From positions 1 through 64,000 of the forward strand of contig CAWVRN010000016.1 of the NCBI GenBank assembly GCA_963932905.1: a stretch of 64,000 bases of DNA. Reading direction: 5' to 3'. Every line of letters begins with the position of its first letter. Positions within the stretch are counted from its first letter, which is position 1. The stretch comes from an uncultured Bdellovibrio sp. (GTDB lineage Bacteria; Bdellovibrionota; Bdellovibrionia; Bdellovibrionales; Bdellovibrionaceae). The notes beneath the pieces were generated by a model. It worked only from the letters and a program-made list of their open reading frames with translations, made no database searches and was not told the origin of the DNA. Both the position numbers and the translations under genes were made by a program. Shown here one piece after another: positions 29,579-40,018 of this stretch.

Positions 29579-30688
29579 ATGCCTAAGACTTTAATCCTAG
29601 TTTTTGTCACAAGTCTGTTGATAAATTTTTCAAACTTATTGGCAGCTGACTTTAAATCCGACGGCATGAGTCTAACAACGGAAGAACTGACGCAACAACA
29701 AGACGTAATTTGGGGATTTGATTTTCTGAATGAAAACAAAATTATCTTTACGGAACGCAGTGGCCAACTAAAAACATTTAATTTGAAAGACAAAAAAGTA
29801 GAGACAATCTCGGGGGTTCCTAAAGTCTGGTCCAAAGAACAAGGCGGCTTGTTAGACGTTCGAGTCCATCCGAAAATAAAAACTAAAATATTTCTAACTT
29901 ATTCTGAGCCTGTCGATACAGATAAAGCCACCACTGCATTTGCCAGTGCGGATTTAGATGGCCTAACTTTAAAAAACTTTCGAAAAATTATTTCGGCAGG
30001 TTCACCCAATAACATAGGCGCACATTTTGGTTCGCGCATTGAATTCGACGATCAAGATCATATTTTTGTCACAATTGGTGAACGCTATGATCGCCCTAAG
30101 GTACAAGATAAGAAAACATACTTAGGAAAAATCTTAAGATTTAATTTGGACGGCACTGTACCAGAAGACAATCCATTTGCTAAAGATGGTAGTGGTTTAA
30201 AAGAAATTTGGACGATCGGACACCGCAGTCCTCAAGGGTTGTCTTGGAATAGCGCAAAGAAGCAGCTTTGGCAGGCAGAAATGGGTCCAAAGGGCGGCGA
30301 TGAAGTTAACTTAATTTTAAAAGGTGCAAACTACGGCTGGCCCGTTGTGACGTATGGAACAGAATACGAAGGACCTAAAATCGGTGAAGGTTCTGAAAAA
30401 GTCGGAATGAAATCACCTATTGTTTACTGGGTTCCGTCGATTTCGCCATCAGGTATTGGGTTTTACTTTGGTGACAAGATTCCTAAATGGAAAGGCAATC
30501 TATTTGTGGGCTGCCTAAGTGGTAGTCATCTACGCCGTTTAGTTTTTAAAGGTGACAAAGTGATTCAACAAGAAGAACTGTTGAAAGATATGAATTTACG
30601 TTTTAGAAATGTTCGCACTGGTCCTGATGGTTGGATATACTTTTCAACTGATCAAGGCCATATCATGAGAATTAAAACAAAGAGCTAA
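29579..30688 (+). CDS. PQQ-dependent sugar dehydrogenase (YliI-like)
   Basis: QGGLLDV, HFGSRI, GKILR, GHRSPQG, GPKGGDEVN, NYGWP, ISPSG. Confidence 0.9.
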   Translation: MPKTLILVFVTSLLINFSNLLAADFKSDGMSLTTEELTQQQDVIWGFDFLNENKIIFTERSGQLKTFNLKDKKVETISGVPKVWSKEQGGLLDVRVHPKIKTKIFLTYSEPVDTDKATTAFASADLDGLTLKNFRKIISAGSPNNIGAHFGSRIEFDDQDHIFVTIGERYDRPKVQDKKTYLGKILRFNLDGTVPEDNPFAKDGSGLKEIWTIGHRSPQGLSWNSAKKQLWQAEMGPKGGDEVNLILKGANYGWPVVTYGTEYEGPKIGEGSEKVGMKSPIVYWVPSISPSGIGFYFGDKIPKWKGNLFVGCLSGSHLRRLVFKGDKVIQQEELLKDMNLRFRNVRTGPDGWIYFSTDQGHIMRIKTKS

Positions 30689-30690
30689 CT

Positions 30691-31383
30691 ATGCAAACGT
30701 CAATGTCAGAAACAAATTCAAATATTAAACTCAATCCATCGTGGTTAAAACATTTGGAAACTGAATTTAAATCTGACTATATGACAAACCTAAGAACTTT
30801 TCTTCAAAGCGAAATCAAAAAAAATAAAACGATTTTTCCGAAGGGCCCAAATTATTTCGAGGCCCTTAATCGCACCGATTTTGACAAAGTCAAAGTTGTA
30901 ATTCTTGGACAAGATCCTTATCACGGGGAAGGCCAAGCTCATGGTTTGTCGTTTTCTGTTCCCCAGGGTGTCCGACCACCACCTTCGCTTTTAAATATTT
31001 TCAAAGAAATTCGATCCGATCTAAATAAAGAGCCTTCGGTCAAAGATGATTTAAGTTCTTGGGCCGATCAGGGTGTTTTACTTTTAAATAGTGTACTCAC
31101 TGTTGAAATGGGCAAACCGGCGTCTCATCAGGGACGTGGCTGGGAAATATTTACAGATAAAATCATTCATGCACTGAATGATCAGCGAGAAGGATTAGTA
31201 TTTATTCTTTGGGGAAGTTACGCGCAAAAAAAAGGCGCGTTCATAGATCGTAGTAAACACTATGTGATCGAATCTGTTCACCCATCACCGCTATCGGCAC
31301 ACCGAGGCTTTATGGGCAGCAAGCCGTTTTCAAAAGCTAATGCCTATTTGAAAAAAATGGGTAAAACAGAAATTAATTGGTAG
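30691..31383 (+). CDS. ung: Uracil-DNA glycosylase family 1
   Basis: GQDPYH, PPSL, LLLN, HPSPLS. Confidence 0.97.
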   Translation: MQTSMSETNSNIKLNPSWLKHLETEFKSDYMTNLRTFLQSEIKKNKTIFPKGPNYFEALNRTDFDKVKVVILGQDPYHGEGQAHGLSFSVPQGVRPPPSLLNIFKEIRSDLNKEPSVKDDLSSWADQGVLLLNSVLTVEMGKPASHQGRGWEIFTDKIIHALNDQREGLVFILWGSYAQKKGAFIDRSKHYVIESVHPSPLSAHRGFMGSKPFSKANAYLKKMGKTEINW

Positions 31384-32118
31384 TTAATCCACAGAAGGAT
31401 AGCATCCACGTTTTAACACGAATGCCTGAGATGATGATAACATCGTTGAAACTTCGCCGTCATTTTTTAGCTCCACGTCCCTACTGCCGGAACTTACACG
31501 ACACGCGATGAACTGTTCTTGGTATCTTAGAAAGCCAATAAAAATATTGGCATTTAAGTCATTGCCTATATCATGAAAAAGTACGTTGGCTAAACCCGCT
31601 TGCAAGGTTTCGTTGTCACCTACGCGCATCAGGTAACAATCCAAAGAATCACTAGAATCTACTTGTGATTTCAAAAATTGAATAGCCGACGATGACGAAC
31701 CATCTTTCGCAATTTTTATCATCCCCTCAATTCGCCATGCAGTTGAAAGATTAGCTTCCGAGAATGAACTATCTTTTAGTTTTAAATCCGCCATTTTTTT
31801 TGAACCCAAAACAGGTTTTTCGCTCATCAAGTTAGCGCCAGGGTTTTTCCATTCAAATACAGAAATATAATTTTGAAAACAGGATACGCTATCAAGTAAA
31901 GCTAACGGATCTTTACTAGTTCCACCTAACGACCCATTGCCTGTTGGCAAACCAGCCAAGTTGTCGGTGATGTCTTCGTCAGCCACCAATGTGGGATTAT
32001 TGTTTTCTTTCTTTACCACATATTCCATCGAACGGTCGTCACGGCCTTGTGAACAATTTTGAAATGTTACAAGCAGAAGTCCAACCATCGATATTGAGAT
32101 AAACACCCGTTTTAACAA
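31384..32118 (-). CDS. Lipoprotein, hypothetical
   Basis: VTFQNCS lipobox. Confidence 0.7.
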   Translation of the reverse strand: MLKRVFISISMVGLLLVTFQNCSQGRDDRSMEYVVKKENNNPTLVADEDITDNLAGLPTGNGSLGGTSKDPLALLDSVSCFQNYISVFEWKNPGANLMSEKPVLGSKKMADLKLKDSSFSEANLSTAWRIEGMIKIAKDGSSSSAIQFLKSQVDSSDSLDCYLMRVGDNETLQAGLANVLFHDIGNDLNANIFIGFLRYQEQFIACRVSSGSRDVELKNDGEVSTMLSSSQAFVLKRGCYPSVD

Positions 32119-32403
32119 ATTGCCCCCAGATATTGCTATATGTGCAAACCATTCTCCATATGTAATCGAGTATACGCAGACCTTTTTGAGGACAAAGACG
32201 ACAGGTGTTCCTATTATACTCGACAGTGTTTCATATCGAAACGTGATGGTTTTTCAATATAGGCATCTTTTTCAGATTAAAAACAAAATCGTGAATCCGA
32301 TACTGAATTCTAACGAATATGGTTTGTGAATCGCCTAATTGAGAAATGCTATATAGGGAAACCGCTAGATTTATCTAGCGGCGATTTTATTACCTAAGTA
32401 AAT

Positions 32404-32985
32404 TTAGAAGTAACCGATGATATTAGCACTTGTCGACGCTTGGGCGTCTAGATCTACTTTTGTGTTCAATTCAAAGCCGATTAAATTATCGTAATTATAA
32501 GAAGCCGAAGCTCCATAGATAAGGTTTGTCGACTTATCATGCTTATCCATGGCCATAATGCCACCTAATAGGCCAACTTGAATTTGGTTCCATTTATTAA
32601 CTGGGTAATTTACGAATGCAAATCGACCATATACGTCTACCATATTCACGCTTTCACGGTATTCATAGCGACGAGGATTTCCATTTTCATCATAGGAATC
32701 ATAAATATAAAAATTTGAAGCATTCGCACGAATATTAGTGTAATGAGCACCAACAGACCAACGATCAGATAAAATTCTTTCGATACCAATACCCAAACCA
32801 TTACCTGAACGTTCCAAAGAACCCTCTGAGGTTCCCATGCTTGATGTTCCAGCCAAAATTTTCCAATTCACTTGTTGAATCGGCTGAAATTCCTGTCGGT
32901 CCATACTAATAACAATTTGTTGAGGTGTTTGAGCCATTGCTGACATACCAACTAATAGTGCTGCGATAACATAGAATCCTTTCAC
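32404..32985 (-). CDS. Outer-membrane beta-barrel protein
   Basis: GTG start with AGGAGG; signal peptide; amphipathic strands; terminal YF. Confidence 0.7.
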   Translation of the reverse strand: MKGFYVIAALLVGMSAMAQTPQQIVISMDRQEFQPIQQVNWKILAGTSSMGTSEGSLERSGNGLGIGIERILSDRWSVGAHYTNIRANASNFYIYDSYDENGNPRRYEYRESVNMVDVYGRFAFVNYPVNKWNQIQVGLLGGIMAMDKHDKSTNLIYGASASYNYDNLIGFELNTKVDLDAQASTSANIIGYF

Positions 32986-33212
32986 GAGTCCTCCTGATAA
33001 TTTTTTAAAATTACATTCCAATTCCCTACCTAAGTCTATTCAAAAAAAATTCCCGACGATTTCTGCCTTACCGCGTGCAGAATCAATCACTACTAGAGTA
33101 GTTTTGCCCCGATTTGTCTAAATCATTGATTCGTCGAAAGTCGAGAACTGGGTCGAGTGTGTTTCTTTTCCATGCAATGCCATTTAATATTAAGATATCG
33201 AGGTAAAATCTT

Positions 33213-34166
33213 ATGAAATATTTAGTAATTTTTATGGCGGTTTTAAGCCAATCTGTAAGTGCATTAGCGGCGTGTGGTGAAGTAGTTACTGGCATGATGC
33301 AAGGTGAAAAAACTGTCGCGGTTCAACTGTCTTCGGGCAAATCTAAAAGATACGTTATCGATGATGATGGATATTTAGTTATTTCTCTTGCGGTGGCTCA
33401 TTGTCGAAGTAAGCATCCTCAGGCCGTTCCCAAATTAACAGACGAACAATACAAGTGCATAAAAGCCAAATCAGATGCGGAACCCACGGATTCAAAATCA
33501 GCAAAGCTGAACTTCTTTAGCTATGATCCTAGCGAGCATGGAAAAATAAACGATATCAATTCCTATAAAGAAAAATGCAATGTTAACTATCACTTCGTTT
33601 GGAGCCAAATTCTTCAAGAACGCGGCAATCAAAAATTTACGTGCGGTGCTGAAATTAAAGACGTCGTTAGAAAAGCTGTAGCGCAAAATGAAACCTACAC
33701 TGCGGAGAAAACATCGGAAGACGCCACAGATGCTTTAAGGGTGAACGAAGGTGGAAAAATCCGCTATCTTGGCGAATTAACCTACGATCGTAACTATGTC
33801 CAAAGACTAGAAAAAATCATCAACAATCCAAATGCTAAGGTAGCTGAATTCGACGCTTGGGTTGCTGAATTTGAAAATCCAGTTAGACGCCATGGATACA
33901 ATGCAACAACAAGTGACGACCTAAGAAAAAGTCCCGGAAACTATTCGCATCTGGTAGACATCTTGCGTGAAGTGAATGCCGATTTCCCTTTTTCGCGGCC
34001 TGTTGCAAATGCCGATGGATCTTCTAAAAAATGTATGACTGGGTTTGATCAAAATTTGATTTCACGCTTAAGAGACGTGAATTGGGGTCAAGGTAAACAA
34101 GCAACACGCGCGGCAGCCGTCCCGGCAGTCGCACCAGAAGCTACAGACAAGGCAGCGACAAAATGA
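33213..34166 (+). CDS. Secreted hypothetical protein
   Basis: Signal peptide; GAGG RBS. Confidence 0.7.
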   Translation: MKYLVIFMAVLSQSVSALAACGEVVTGMMQGEKTVAVQLSSGKSKRYVIDDDGYLVISLAVAHCRSKHPQAVPKLTDEQYKCIKAKSDAEPTDSKSAKLNFFSYDPSEHGKINDINSYKEKCNVNYHFVWSQILQERGNQKFTCGAEIKDVVRKAVAQNETYTAEKTSEDATDALRVNEGGKIRYLGELTYDRNYVQRLEKIINNPNAKVAEFDAWVAEFENPVRRHGYNATTSDDLRKSPGNYSHLVDILREVNADFPFSRPVANADGSSKKCMTGFDQNLISRLRDVNWGQGKQATRAAAVPAVAPEATDKAATK

Positions 34167-34402
34167 TTTCGATTATTTCCACTCTACTGATTTCACTTTT
34201 CAGTTTTGCAGGCAAACACATTACTTATACCGGCCAAGTTGTTAAGATTGAAAGCGGCGTCGTTACATTCAAAACCGATTCGGGCGAAACAACATTTAAA
34301 ATCAAAGGTCTTTCTAAAGCCGATGCACAGCAGGTAGCTAAAGAAACTGGAACTAAAAAAACAATTACTTTAAATATTCCCATCGAAACGTTATCTAAAT
34401 AA
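34163..34402 (+). CDS. Small secreted protein, possibly OB-fold-like
   Basis: ATGA overlap with upstream gene; signal peptide; GQVVKI strand. Confidence 0.6.
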   Translation: MISIISTLLISLFSFAGKHITYTGQVVKIESGVVTFKTDSGETTFKIKGLSKADAQQVAKETGTKKTITLNIPIETLSK

Positions 34403-34414
34403 AGGTAGCGTTTT

Positions 34415-35188
34415 CTATTTTAGCTTTTTCGCTACGATAGTTTGATGCCAGGTGGTTTTAGATGAAAACGAACCACCTTCTAACATCCCCCACACGTTTT
34501 CGATTCTAAATCCAGCCTTTTTCAGTAAGCCTTTTAGTTCAGCGTGCGTGTATACATTTTGATCGAACAGCAAACGCTCTACCTTAGCTTTTGGTTTGCG
34601 CACGTCCACGATGGTCCATTCAGCGAACGTTTTCTTTTTTTTGGGATCGAAATAAGCTTTATCAATCATAAAGACATTCTTGATAGGTTCACGTCCATTT
34701 GAAACCGGTTTAGCCATCGCTAACTTTACGCCATCCCCATTTAACGTATTAATCACAAGTCGACCACCTGGTTTTAAAACTCGATGGACTTCTTTAAGCA
34801 TTTTTAAATCGTTACTGCGAACATGAAAATAACCGAAACTATTAAATAGAGACACCACCAAATCAAATTCGTTTGTGTCGAAATGAGGTTTTAAATTTTT
34901 CATATCGCCATGAACGAAATCAATCGGCAGCTTTGCCTTTAAAGCCGCTTTTTGGGCATCCTTTAAAAAATTCTTTGTAAAATCCAATCCCGTAACCTGG
35001 TAGTTCTTTTTCGCGAATTGCAGGGAATGTCGACCAGTTCCACACGCCAAATCTAAAACCCGCGCTTTTTTAGGAATCGGAACCTGTTTTAGTATCTGTT
35101 GAACTTCTTTTTTGGCTTGGACCAAACGTGGTTGAAACATCACTTCGGCCGTAAGTGGAATAAAAAACCGCTGCCACCATTCTTTCAT
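34415..35188 (-). CDS. Class I SAM-dependent methyltransferase
   Basis: VLDLACGTGRH, SFGYF, LKPGG. Confidence 0.9.
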   Translation of the reverse strand: MKEWWQRFFIPLTAEVMFQPRLVQAKKEVQQILKQVPIPKKARVLDLACGTGRHSLQFAKKNYQVTGLDFTKNFLKDAQKAALKAKLPIDFVHGDMKNLKPHFDTNEFDLVVSLFNSFGYFHVRSNDLKMLKEVHRVLKPGGRLVINTLNGDGVKLAMAKPVSNGREPIKNVFMIDKAYFDPKKKKTFAEWTIVDVRKPKAKVERLLFDQNVYTHAELKGLLKKAGFRIENVWGMLEGGSFSSKTTWHQTIVAKKLK

Positions 35189-35386
35189 ACATCATCCTTA
35201 TCGAAACTTAGTGTACCGAAAACGCAAGTCCACTCAAGAGTAATGGGGTAATAAGCCACACACGCAAACGCATATCCCAAATATGCGACTCAACCACGGC
35301 AAAATCATGTCGGCGGCGAAATTGCATTTTTAAAAACTTGAGTTACACCTAAAACTAACAATAGAAAAGAAAGAACGAGATTACTA

Positions 35387-36016
35387 GTGAATTCAACACC
35401 ACATCCCTATTATTACATGTGCCGTGTTTGTTCGAATGCTATGCTTGTGCCCGCCAACCATCAGGATGATATTCAGTGCGACCGTTGCGGAGAGCTGAAC
35501 TACTGGCATCAACCCCGATCAGCGGCAGCAACACTTGCCTATTCGTTAACTGCGCTTATCTTTTTTGTACCCTCAAATATCTATCCATTTATGACGGTAG
35601 AACTTTATGGAAATCGCAATTCATCCACTATATGGGGCGGAATTATGTCGTTAGTGGACGATGGCTCATGGCCCATCGCTTTGATTGTTTTTCTAGCTAG
35701 CTTAGTGATACCGATTCTAAAACTATTAGCCCTTTTCTATTTGGCACTGACTGCGGAAAATGGCTCGCATCCTAAATTTAAAACTCGACTCTATCATATC
35801 ATCGAAGCCATCGGCCGCTGGTCCATGTTAGATATTTTTTTGTTAGCGGTACTAGTAGCCATTGTCAAATTAGGTCGATGGACAACAGTGGAACCAGAAC
35901 CTGGATCTTACATGTTTGCGATGGTCGTGATTTTTACAATGCTGGCATCAGCTTCTTTTGATCCTCAACTTCTATGGGAAAACACAAATGGCAAAAACGA
36001 CTCAACAAAAAATTAA
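35387..36016 (+). CDS. pqiA: Paraquat-inducible protein A (single domain)
   Basis: CxxC pairs, PSNIYP, STIWGG, IGRWSMLDIF, FDP. Confidence 0.9.
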   Translation: MNSTPHPYYYMCRVCSNAMLVPANHQDDIQCDRCGELNYWHQPRSAAATLAYSLTALIFFVPSNIYPFMTVELYGNRNSSTIWGGIMSLVDDGSWPIALIVFLASLVIPILKLLALFYLALTAENGSHPKFKTRLYHIIEAIGRWSMLDIFLLAVLVAIVKLGRWTTVEPEPGSYMFAMVVIFTMLASASFDPQLLWENTNGKNDSTKN

Positions 36017-36842
36017 ATCTTTCCGTGCAAACTGGGCCATTTGGTTATTTCCTGTTATTGCCTTCATCATTTGCGGCTATCTATTTTACGATTCAGTAAA
36101 AAAGCGTGGGCCAACAATAAAAATTCTTTTTACCGATGCGTCTGGTTTGCAATCAGAAAAAACTCAAGTTCGTTTTCGTGGTGTCAGTATAGGGTATGTA
36201 AAAAGCGTTGTAATTTCCGAGGACACCAAAGATGTGATAGCCACAGTTCATTTACAAAAAGAAGCAGAGCAATTCGCCAAAGCCGGAACAAAATTCTGGA
36301 TCGTAAGTCCCAAGGTCACCTTCAGTGGAATCTCGGGTTTGGAAACACTAATTGAAGGAACATACATCGGTGCACTTCCCGGCGCATTCGATTCAGACGA
36401 ACAAACTGTATTTAGTGCGTCTGTTAATTCTGAATCTAACGATAGTAATGAAAATACGACGCCTTACTTCCTGGAAGCTCCCAATGCAGAATCTATTGGC
36501 GCCGGTGATAGTGTGACGTTTCGCGGTTTAACTGTTGGCAACGTAACCAAAGTTTCACTTAACAAAACAGCACAGCTCGCTGTTATCCAATTGAACATTC
36601 AAAACAAATATTCAAAGCTAGTTCGTTCTAATTCTGTATTTTGGCGTAAAGTCGGCATTCAAGCCGATTTAGGATTATTCGGATCAAAGGTAAAAATAAA
36701 TTCTTTGGAATCCGTGATGAAAGGCGGAATAGAATTCTTTACTCCTGATCAAGTCGGTGAACGCGCTAAATGGGGAAGTCGATTTACGCTGGAAGCGGCA
36801 GCACCTAAAGGATCTGAAAAGTGGAACCCCGCAATTAATTAA
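35988..36842 (+). CDS. pqiB: PqiB/MlaD-family MCE protein (two MCE domains)
   Basis: IWLFP, FRGVSIG, FWIVSP, SGLETL; second FRGLTVG...FW. Confidence 0.8.
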   Translation: MAKTTQQKIKSFRANWAIWLFPVIAFIICGYLFYDSVKKRGPTIKILFTDASGLQSEKTQVRFRGVSIGYVKSVVISEDTKDVIATVHLQKEAEQFAKAGTKFWIVSPKVTFSGISGLETLIEGTYIGALPGAFDSDEQTVFSASVNSESNDSNENTTPYFLEAPNAESIGAGDSVTFRGLTVGNVTKVSLNKTAQLAVIQLNIQNKYSKLVRSNSVFWRKVGIQADLGLFGSKVKINSLESVMKGGIEFFTPDQVGERAKWGSRFTLEAAAPKGSEKWNPAIN

Positions 36843-36844
36843 AT

Positions 36845-37561
36845 TTACCTGCTGGGTTTTAGAAAACAATTCTGTGCCGGTTCTTCTTTTGGATTAATTC
36901 GCTTTAGAAGAATGCTTTCGCCATCAAAAGATAGGATGTCGTTTTTCAAAGAATCTTTTGATTTCACCTGACAACCAGATGAAAAATCATACCAAGCGTC
37001 TTTTAGTAATTCACCGGTTTCAGCACGGAAAATTTTTAATTTTATTTGCTTAGGCTTAATTTGACCAACGTGAAACCAAGCCCCCTTTTCGCACCCACCA
37101 GCCCAAAACGAATCTTTAGGAATTTTCACTGGCATTGCAGGCAGAGAACAATCTAAAGCTTGAACCTCACTACACGCCATTAAATACTTGGCACCGTCTT
37201 CTGAAACAACTTCATCGCTCGCTAGATCGCCACTACCGTCAACATCAGAAATAGCAACGTATTTGATCATTTTGTTTTCTTTGTCGGGCCGAAGTTTATA
37301 TAAAAACCCGCCGGATGTATGAGAGCGGGTTCCTTTGAGAGCAATATCTTTGAAACTTTTTTTACCGAGTACAATTGATCTTGCTGTTGCGGTCACAGTG
37401 ACGTCATCCATAGAATCGCGGGGCTTTCCATCTGAATTTACCACAACTAGGTCATCGATATCTGCCGAGTGATGCCCTTGAGGACTACATGAAAGCGTAA
37501 CTTGCCACGCTTGGGCGGAACCGAAAGTAAATAATACTGCCACTAAAAGTAGGTGCTTCAT
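36845..37561 (-). CDS. Secreted hypothetical protein
   Basis: Signal peptide ending AQA; six Cys. Confidence 0.65.
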   Translation of the reverse strand: MKHLLLVAVLFTFGSAQAWQVTLSCSPQGHHSADIDDLVVVNSDGKPRDSMDDVTVTATARSIVLGKKSFKDIALKGTRSHTSGGFLYKLRPDKENKMIKYVAISDVDGSGDLASDEVVSEDGAKYLMACSEVQALDCSLPAMPVKIPKDSFWAGGCEKGAWFHVGQIKPKQIKLKIFRAETGELLKDAWYDFSSGCQVKSKDSLKNDILSFDGESILLKRINPKEEPAQNCFLKPSR

Positions 37562-37663
37562 GGTTATTTCCCCTTATGAAATAATTTAGCACCGAAAACA
37601 GCTTTGAAGCCACCGAAAACATTCCTAAATACTTAATATTACGATACTATTTTTAGCATTGCG

Positions 37664-37694
37664 TCAATTAAGGATATTTGTTATCCTTAATTGA
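37664..37694. promoter_or_regulatory. Putative Rrf2 operator, perfect 13-5-13 inverted repeat
   Basis: TCAATTAAGGATA-TTTGT-TATCCTTAATTGA just upstream of the CMD-rrf2 operon RBS. Confidence 0.75.
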
Positions 37695-37709
37695 AATGAA
37701 GGAGTTTTT

Positions 37710-38186
37710 ATGAGCCAACGACTTAACTACGCACAACAATCACCAGATCTTGCGAAAAAGCTTTTTGAACTAAGCCAAGCCTCTAAGGGATCACTTGGGC
37801 ACACGCTGATCGATCTAATCAATATTCGAGCATCCCTAATGAATGGCTGCGCGTTTTGTTTAGATATGCATGTCAAAGAAGCGAAAATACATGGCGAGCG
37901 TGAACTGCGCGTTCATCACATTGCCATTTGGCGTGAATCAACACTGTTTTCAGCAAGAGAACGCGCAGCTCTTGAATGGACTGAAGCCGTGACAAAGCTT
38001 TCTGATCACGGTATCCCAGACGAAACATTTACACGCGTGCGTGAGCATCTTTCGGAAAAAGAACTTTCTGATATTACGTTTGCTGTTGGCATTATAAATA
38101 TGTGGAATCGACTTTCCGTTAGCTTTGCTTCTGTGCCTGGATCGCTGGACACAATGTACGGTTTAACAAAGGCTGGATTAAATTAA
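37710..38186 (+). CDS. Carboxymuconolactone decarboxylase/AhpD-like protein
   Basis: RASLMNGCAFCLDMH, ERAALEWTE, INMWNRL. Confidence 0.9.
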   Translation: MSQRLNYAQQSPDLAKKLFELSQASKGSLGHTLIDLINIRASLMNGCAFCLDMHVKEAKIHGERELRVHHIAIWRESTLFSARERAALEWTEAVTKLSDHGIPDETFTRVREHLSEKELSDITFAVGIINMWNRLSVSFASVPGSLDTMYGLTKAGLN

Positions 38187-38671
38187 TGGTTTTAAAAAAT
38201 CAAGTTGAGTGGGCTTTACATTGCTGTTCAGTTTTAGCGGGATTACCTGACGATGTTTTTTTGGCAACAAAAGACTTGGCTGAATTCCATGGTGTTCCTA
38301 AAGAATACTTATCAAAAGCAATGCAAAGCTTGTCTCAAGCTGGTTTAGTTGAAACAACACTGGGGCCGCGCGGAGGCTATCGCTTAGCGCGCTCGCCTTC
38401 AGAAATTACGTTTCTTGATATTGTGGAAGCAGTCGAAGGTCGACGTACCACATTTCAATGCCAAGAAATTAGAAAGAACAATCCTTGCCGGCCGGCAAAA
38501 CAAAAAGATAGTTCAATCTGTGCCGTTGCACGTATCATGTATGGTGCCGACGAAGCTTGGCGCAAACACCTGAAGAGCGTTCGCCTAGCAGATTTGCTGC
38601 AGACTCTAGGTCAAGAAATCCCAAGCGAAATTTTGCAAAAAAGTTCAGAATGGTTAGCCACTAGAAAGTAA
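38186..38671 (+). CDS. Rrf2 regulator, RsrR-like
   Basis: E8-W9-H12, C92, C112; GPRGGYRLAR. Confidence 0.88.
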   Translation: MVLKNQVEWALHCCSVLAGLPDDVFLATKDLAEFHGVPKEYLSKAMQSLSQAGLVETTLGPRGGYRLARSPSEITFLDIVEAVEGRRTTFQCQEIRKNNPCRPAKQKDSSICAVARIMYGADEAWRKHLKSVRLADLLQTLGQEIPSEILQKSSEWLATRK

Positions 38672-38823
38672 CCTAGATTCGATTTACCAATAGCGATATT
38701 CAGATTTCTTTAAATTTCTTATTGGAACATTCCGATTGGGGCAAATTCAATCATTTAGTTTTTATCACTGTGGCATAAATCAACGTTTTGCCTTTGACCT
38801 AGCATTCATCGGCGGCCAAGAAC

Positions 38824-39231
38824 TTGCATGACTGTTTTGTTATGATGGAATTAGATGTAACGATAACGAAGCACCTAAAAAATGATTCTGATTCAGGAAC
38901 TCGTGCCATGTTAAGATCAGGCACAGGATTTATGATTTCCTTAAGCGACACCATTCGAGAATTACAGCGTATGGGTTACACCGAAAATCTAGGATGCGCG
39001 AATGATCATTTATGCGCACGTTCAGGTAAAATTAAACTTTATCCTAAGGATATCACGATCGATCGAATGGTTAGATTCGAAAATTCGTCTGATCCAGATG
39101 ATCAAGCCATTTTATATGCAGCTCGATGCGACTCTAAAGACTTGTTAGGGTTGTACGTCGATTCCTATGGTTTGTATCACGATGACCTTACACCAGAACT
39201 ATTAAAATCTTTTAAAGATTGCCCTTACTGA
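38824..39231 (+). CDS. Conserved hypothetical protein (start probably 38908 or 38932)
   Basis: GYT, RFE-x-SDPDD-x-AILYA, VDSYG motifs. Confidence 0.65.
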   Translation: MHDCFVMMELDVTITKHLKNDSDSGTRAMLRSGTGFMISLSDTIRELQRMGYTENLGCANDHLCARSGKIKLYPKDITIDRMVRFENSSDPDDQAILYAARCDSKDLLGLYVDSYGLYHDDLTPELLKSFKDCPY

Positions 39232-39271
39232 TAGAGAATTGAATCCGCTCTGTCTTTAAGGGTTTTTTATT

Positions 39272-39410
39272 TTAGATTCCTACAATCAACGAAGCTGTGT
39301 AACCCGATGTTGTATTGCCAGAAATACTGACTAGCTGAGTGGGATAGCCATCGCTAAAAACATTATCCGTGGCATAACTAATTTTCGCTAAATTAGCTTT
39401 ACTGCTGCTG
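39272..39410 (-). pseudogene. C-terminal fragment of intradiol ring-cleavage dioxygenase-like gene
   Basis: Manual translation SSKANLAKISYATDNVFSDGYPTQLVSISGNTTSGYTASLIVGI*; no matching 5' part. Confidence 0.55.
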
Positions 39411-39546
39411 TGTGTGGAAGCACTGTGGAACTTTCTCGTATTATTATGAGCCGATGTCGTTTAAACAGCTGTAGACGGCATTTCCGGGTCCTAATTAAGC
39501 CAAAATGATTTGACAGAATACTGGCGGCCATCGCAGCTTAATATTC

Positions 39547-40017
39547 ATGAAAACTATTTTACTTACTTTATTCGTAGTTATTTCTTTGGCCCATTCTTCG
39601 CCTCAAAAATACGGCCGTTTCTATATTTCGGGCCAACCTACTGAAGAAGAACTGACCTCGTTTAAAAAAAATACCGGCGCGGTTGTTATGGATCTAAGAT
39701 CTATAGATGAACTAGGAAATTGTAGTGAACCTGCTACTGTTTCAAAATTAGGTATGCAGTATGGACGCGTACTATTTGAAAAATCAGCGACCATTGATCC
39801 GGAAGTGATCAAGCAAATTGATCAGCAAGTGGCCGATGCCAAAGACAAACCAGTATTTTTATTTTGCAAATCTGGAAATCGTGCGTCCGCTTGGTTGGCT
39901 ATTCATTTAGTTAAAAAAGAAAATAAGTCTATTGACGAAGCCGTTTCCATTGCTAAAACGACGGGTTTAAAATCAGATATGGAAAAAGCTGTTCGCGAAT
40001 ATTTACAGAAAAACTAG
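39547..40017 (+). CDS. Exported DUF442-like Cys phosphatase/sulfurtransferase
   Basis: Signal peptide; SGQP, DLR, CKSGNR (Cx4R). Confidence 0.75.
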   Translation: MKTILLTLFVVISLAHSSPQKYGRFYISGQPTEEELTSFKKNTGAVVMDLRSIDELGNCSEPATVSKLGMQYGRVLFEKSATIDPEVIKQIDQQVADAKDKPVFLFCKSGNRASAWLAIHLVKKENKSIDEAVSIAKTTGLKSDMEKAVREYLQKN

Positions 40018-40018
40018 A

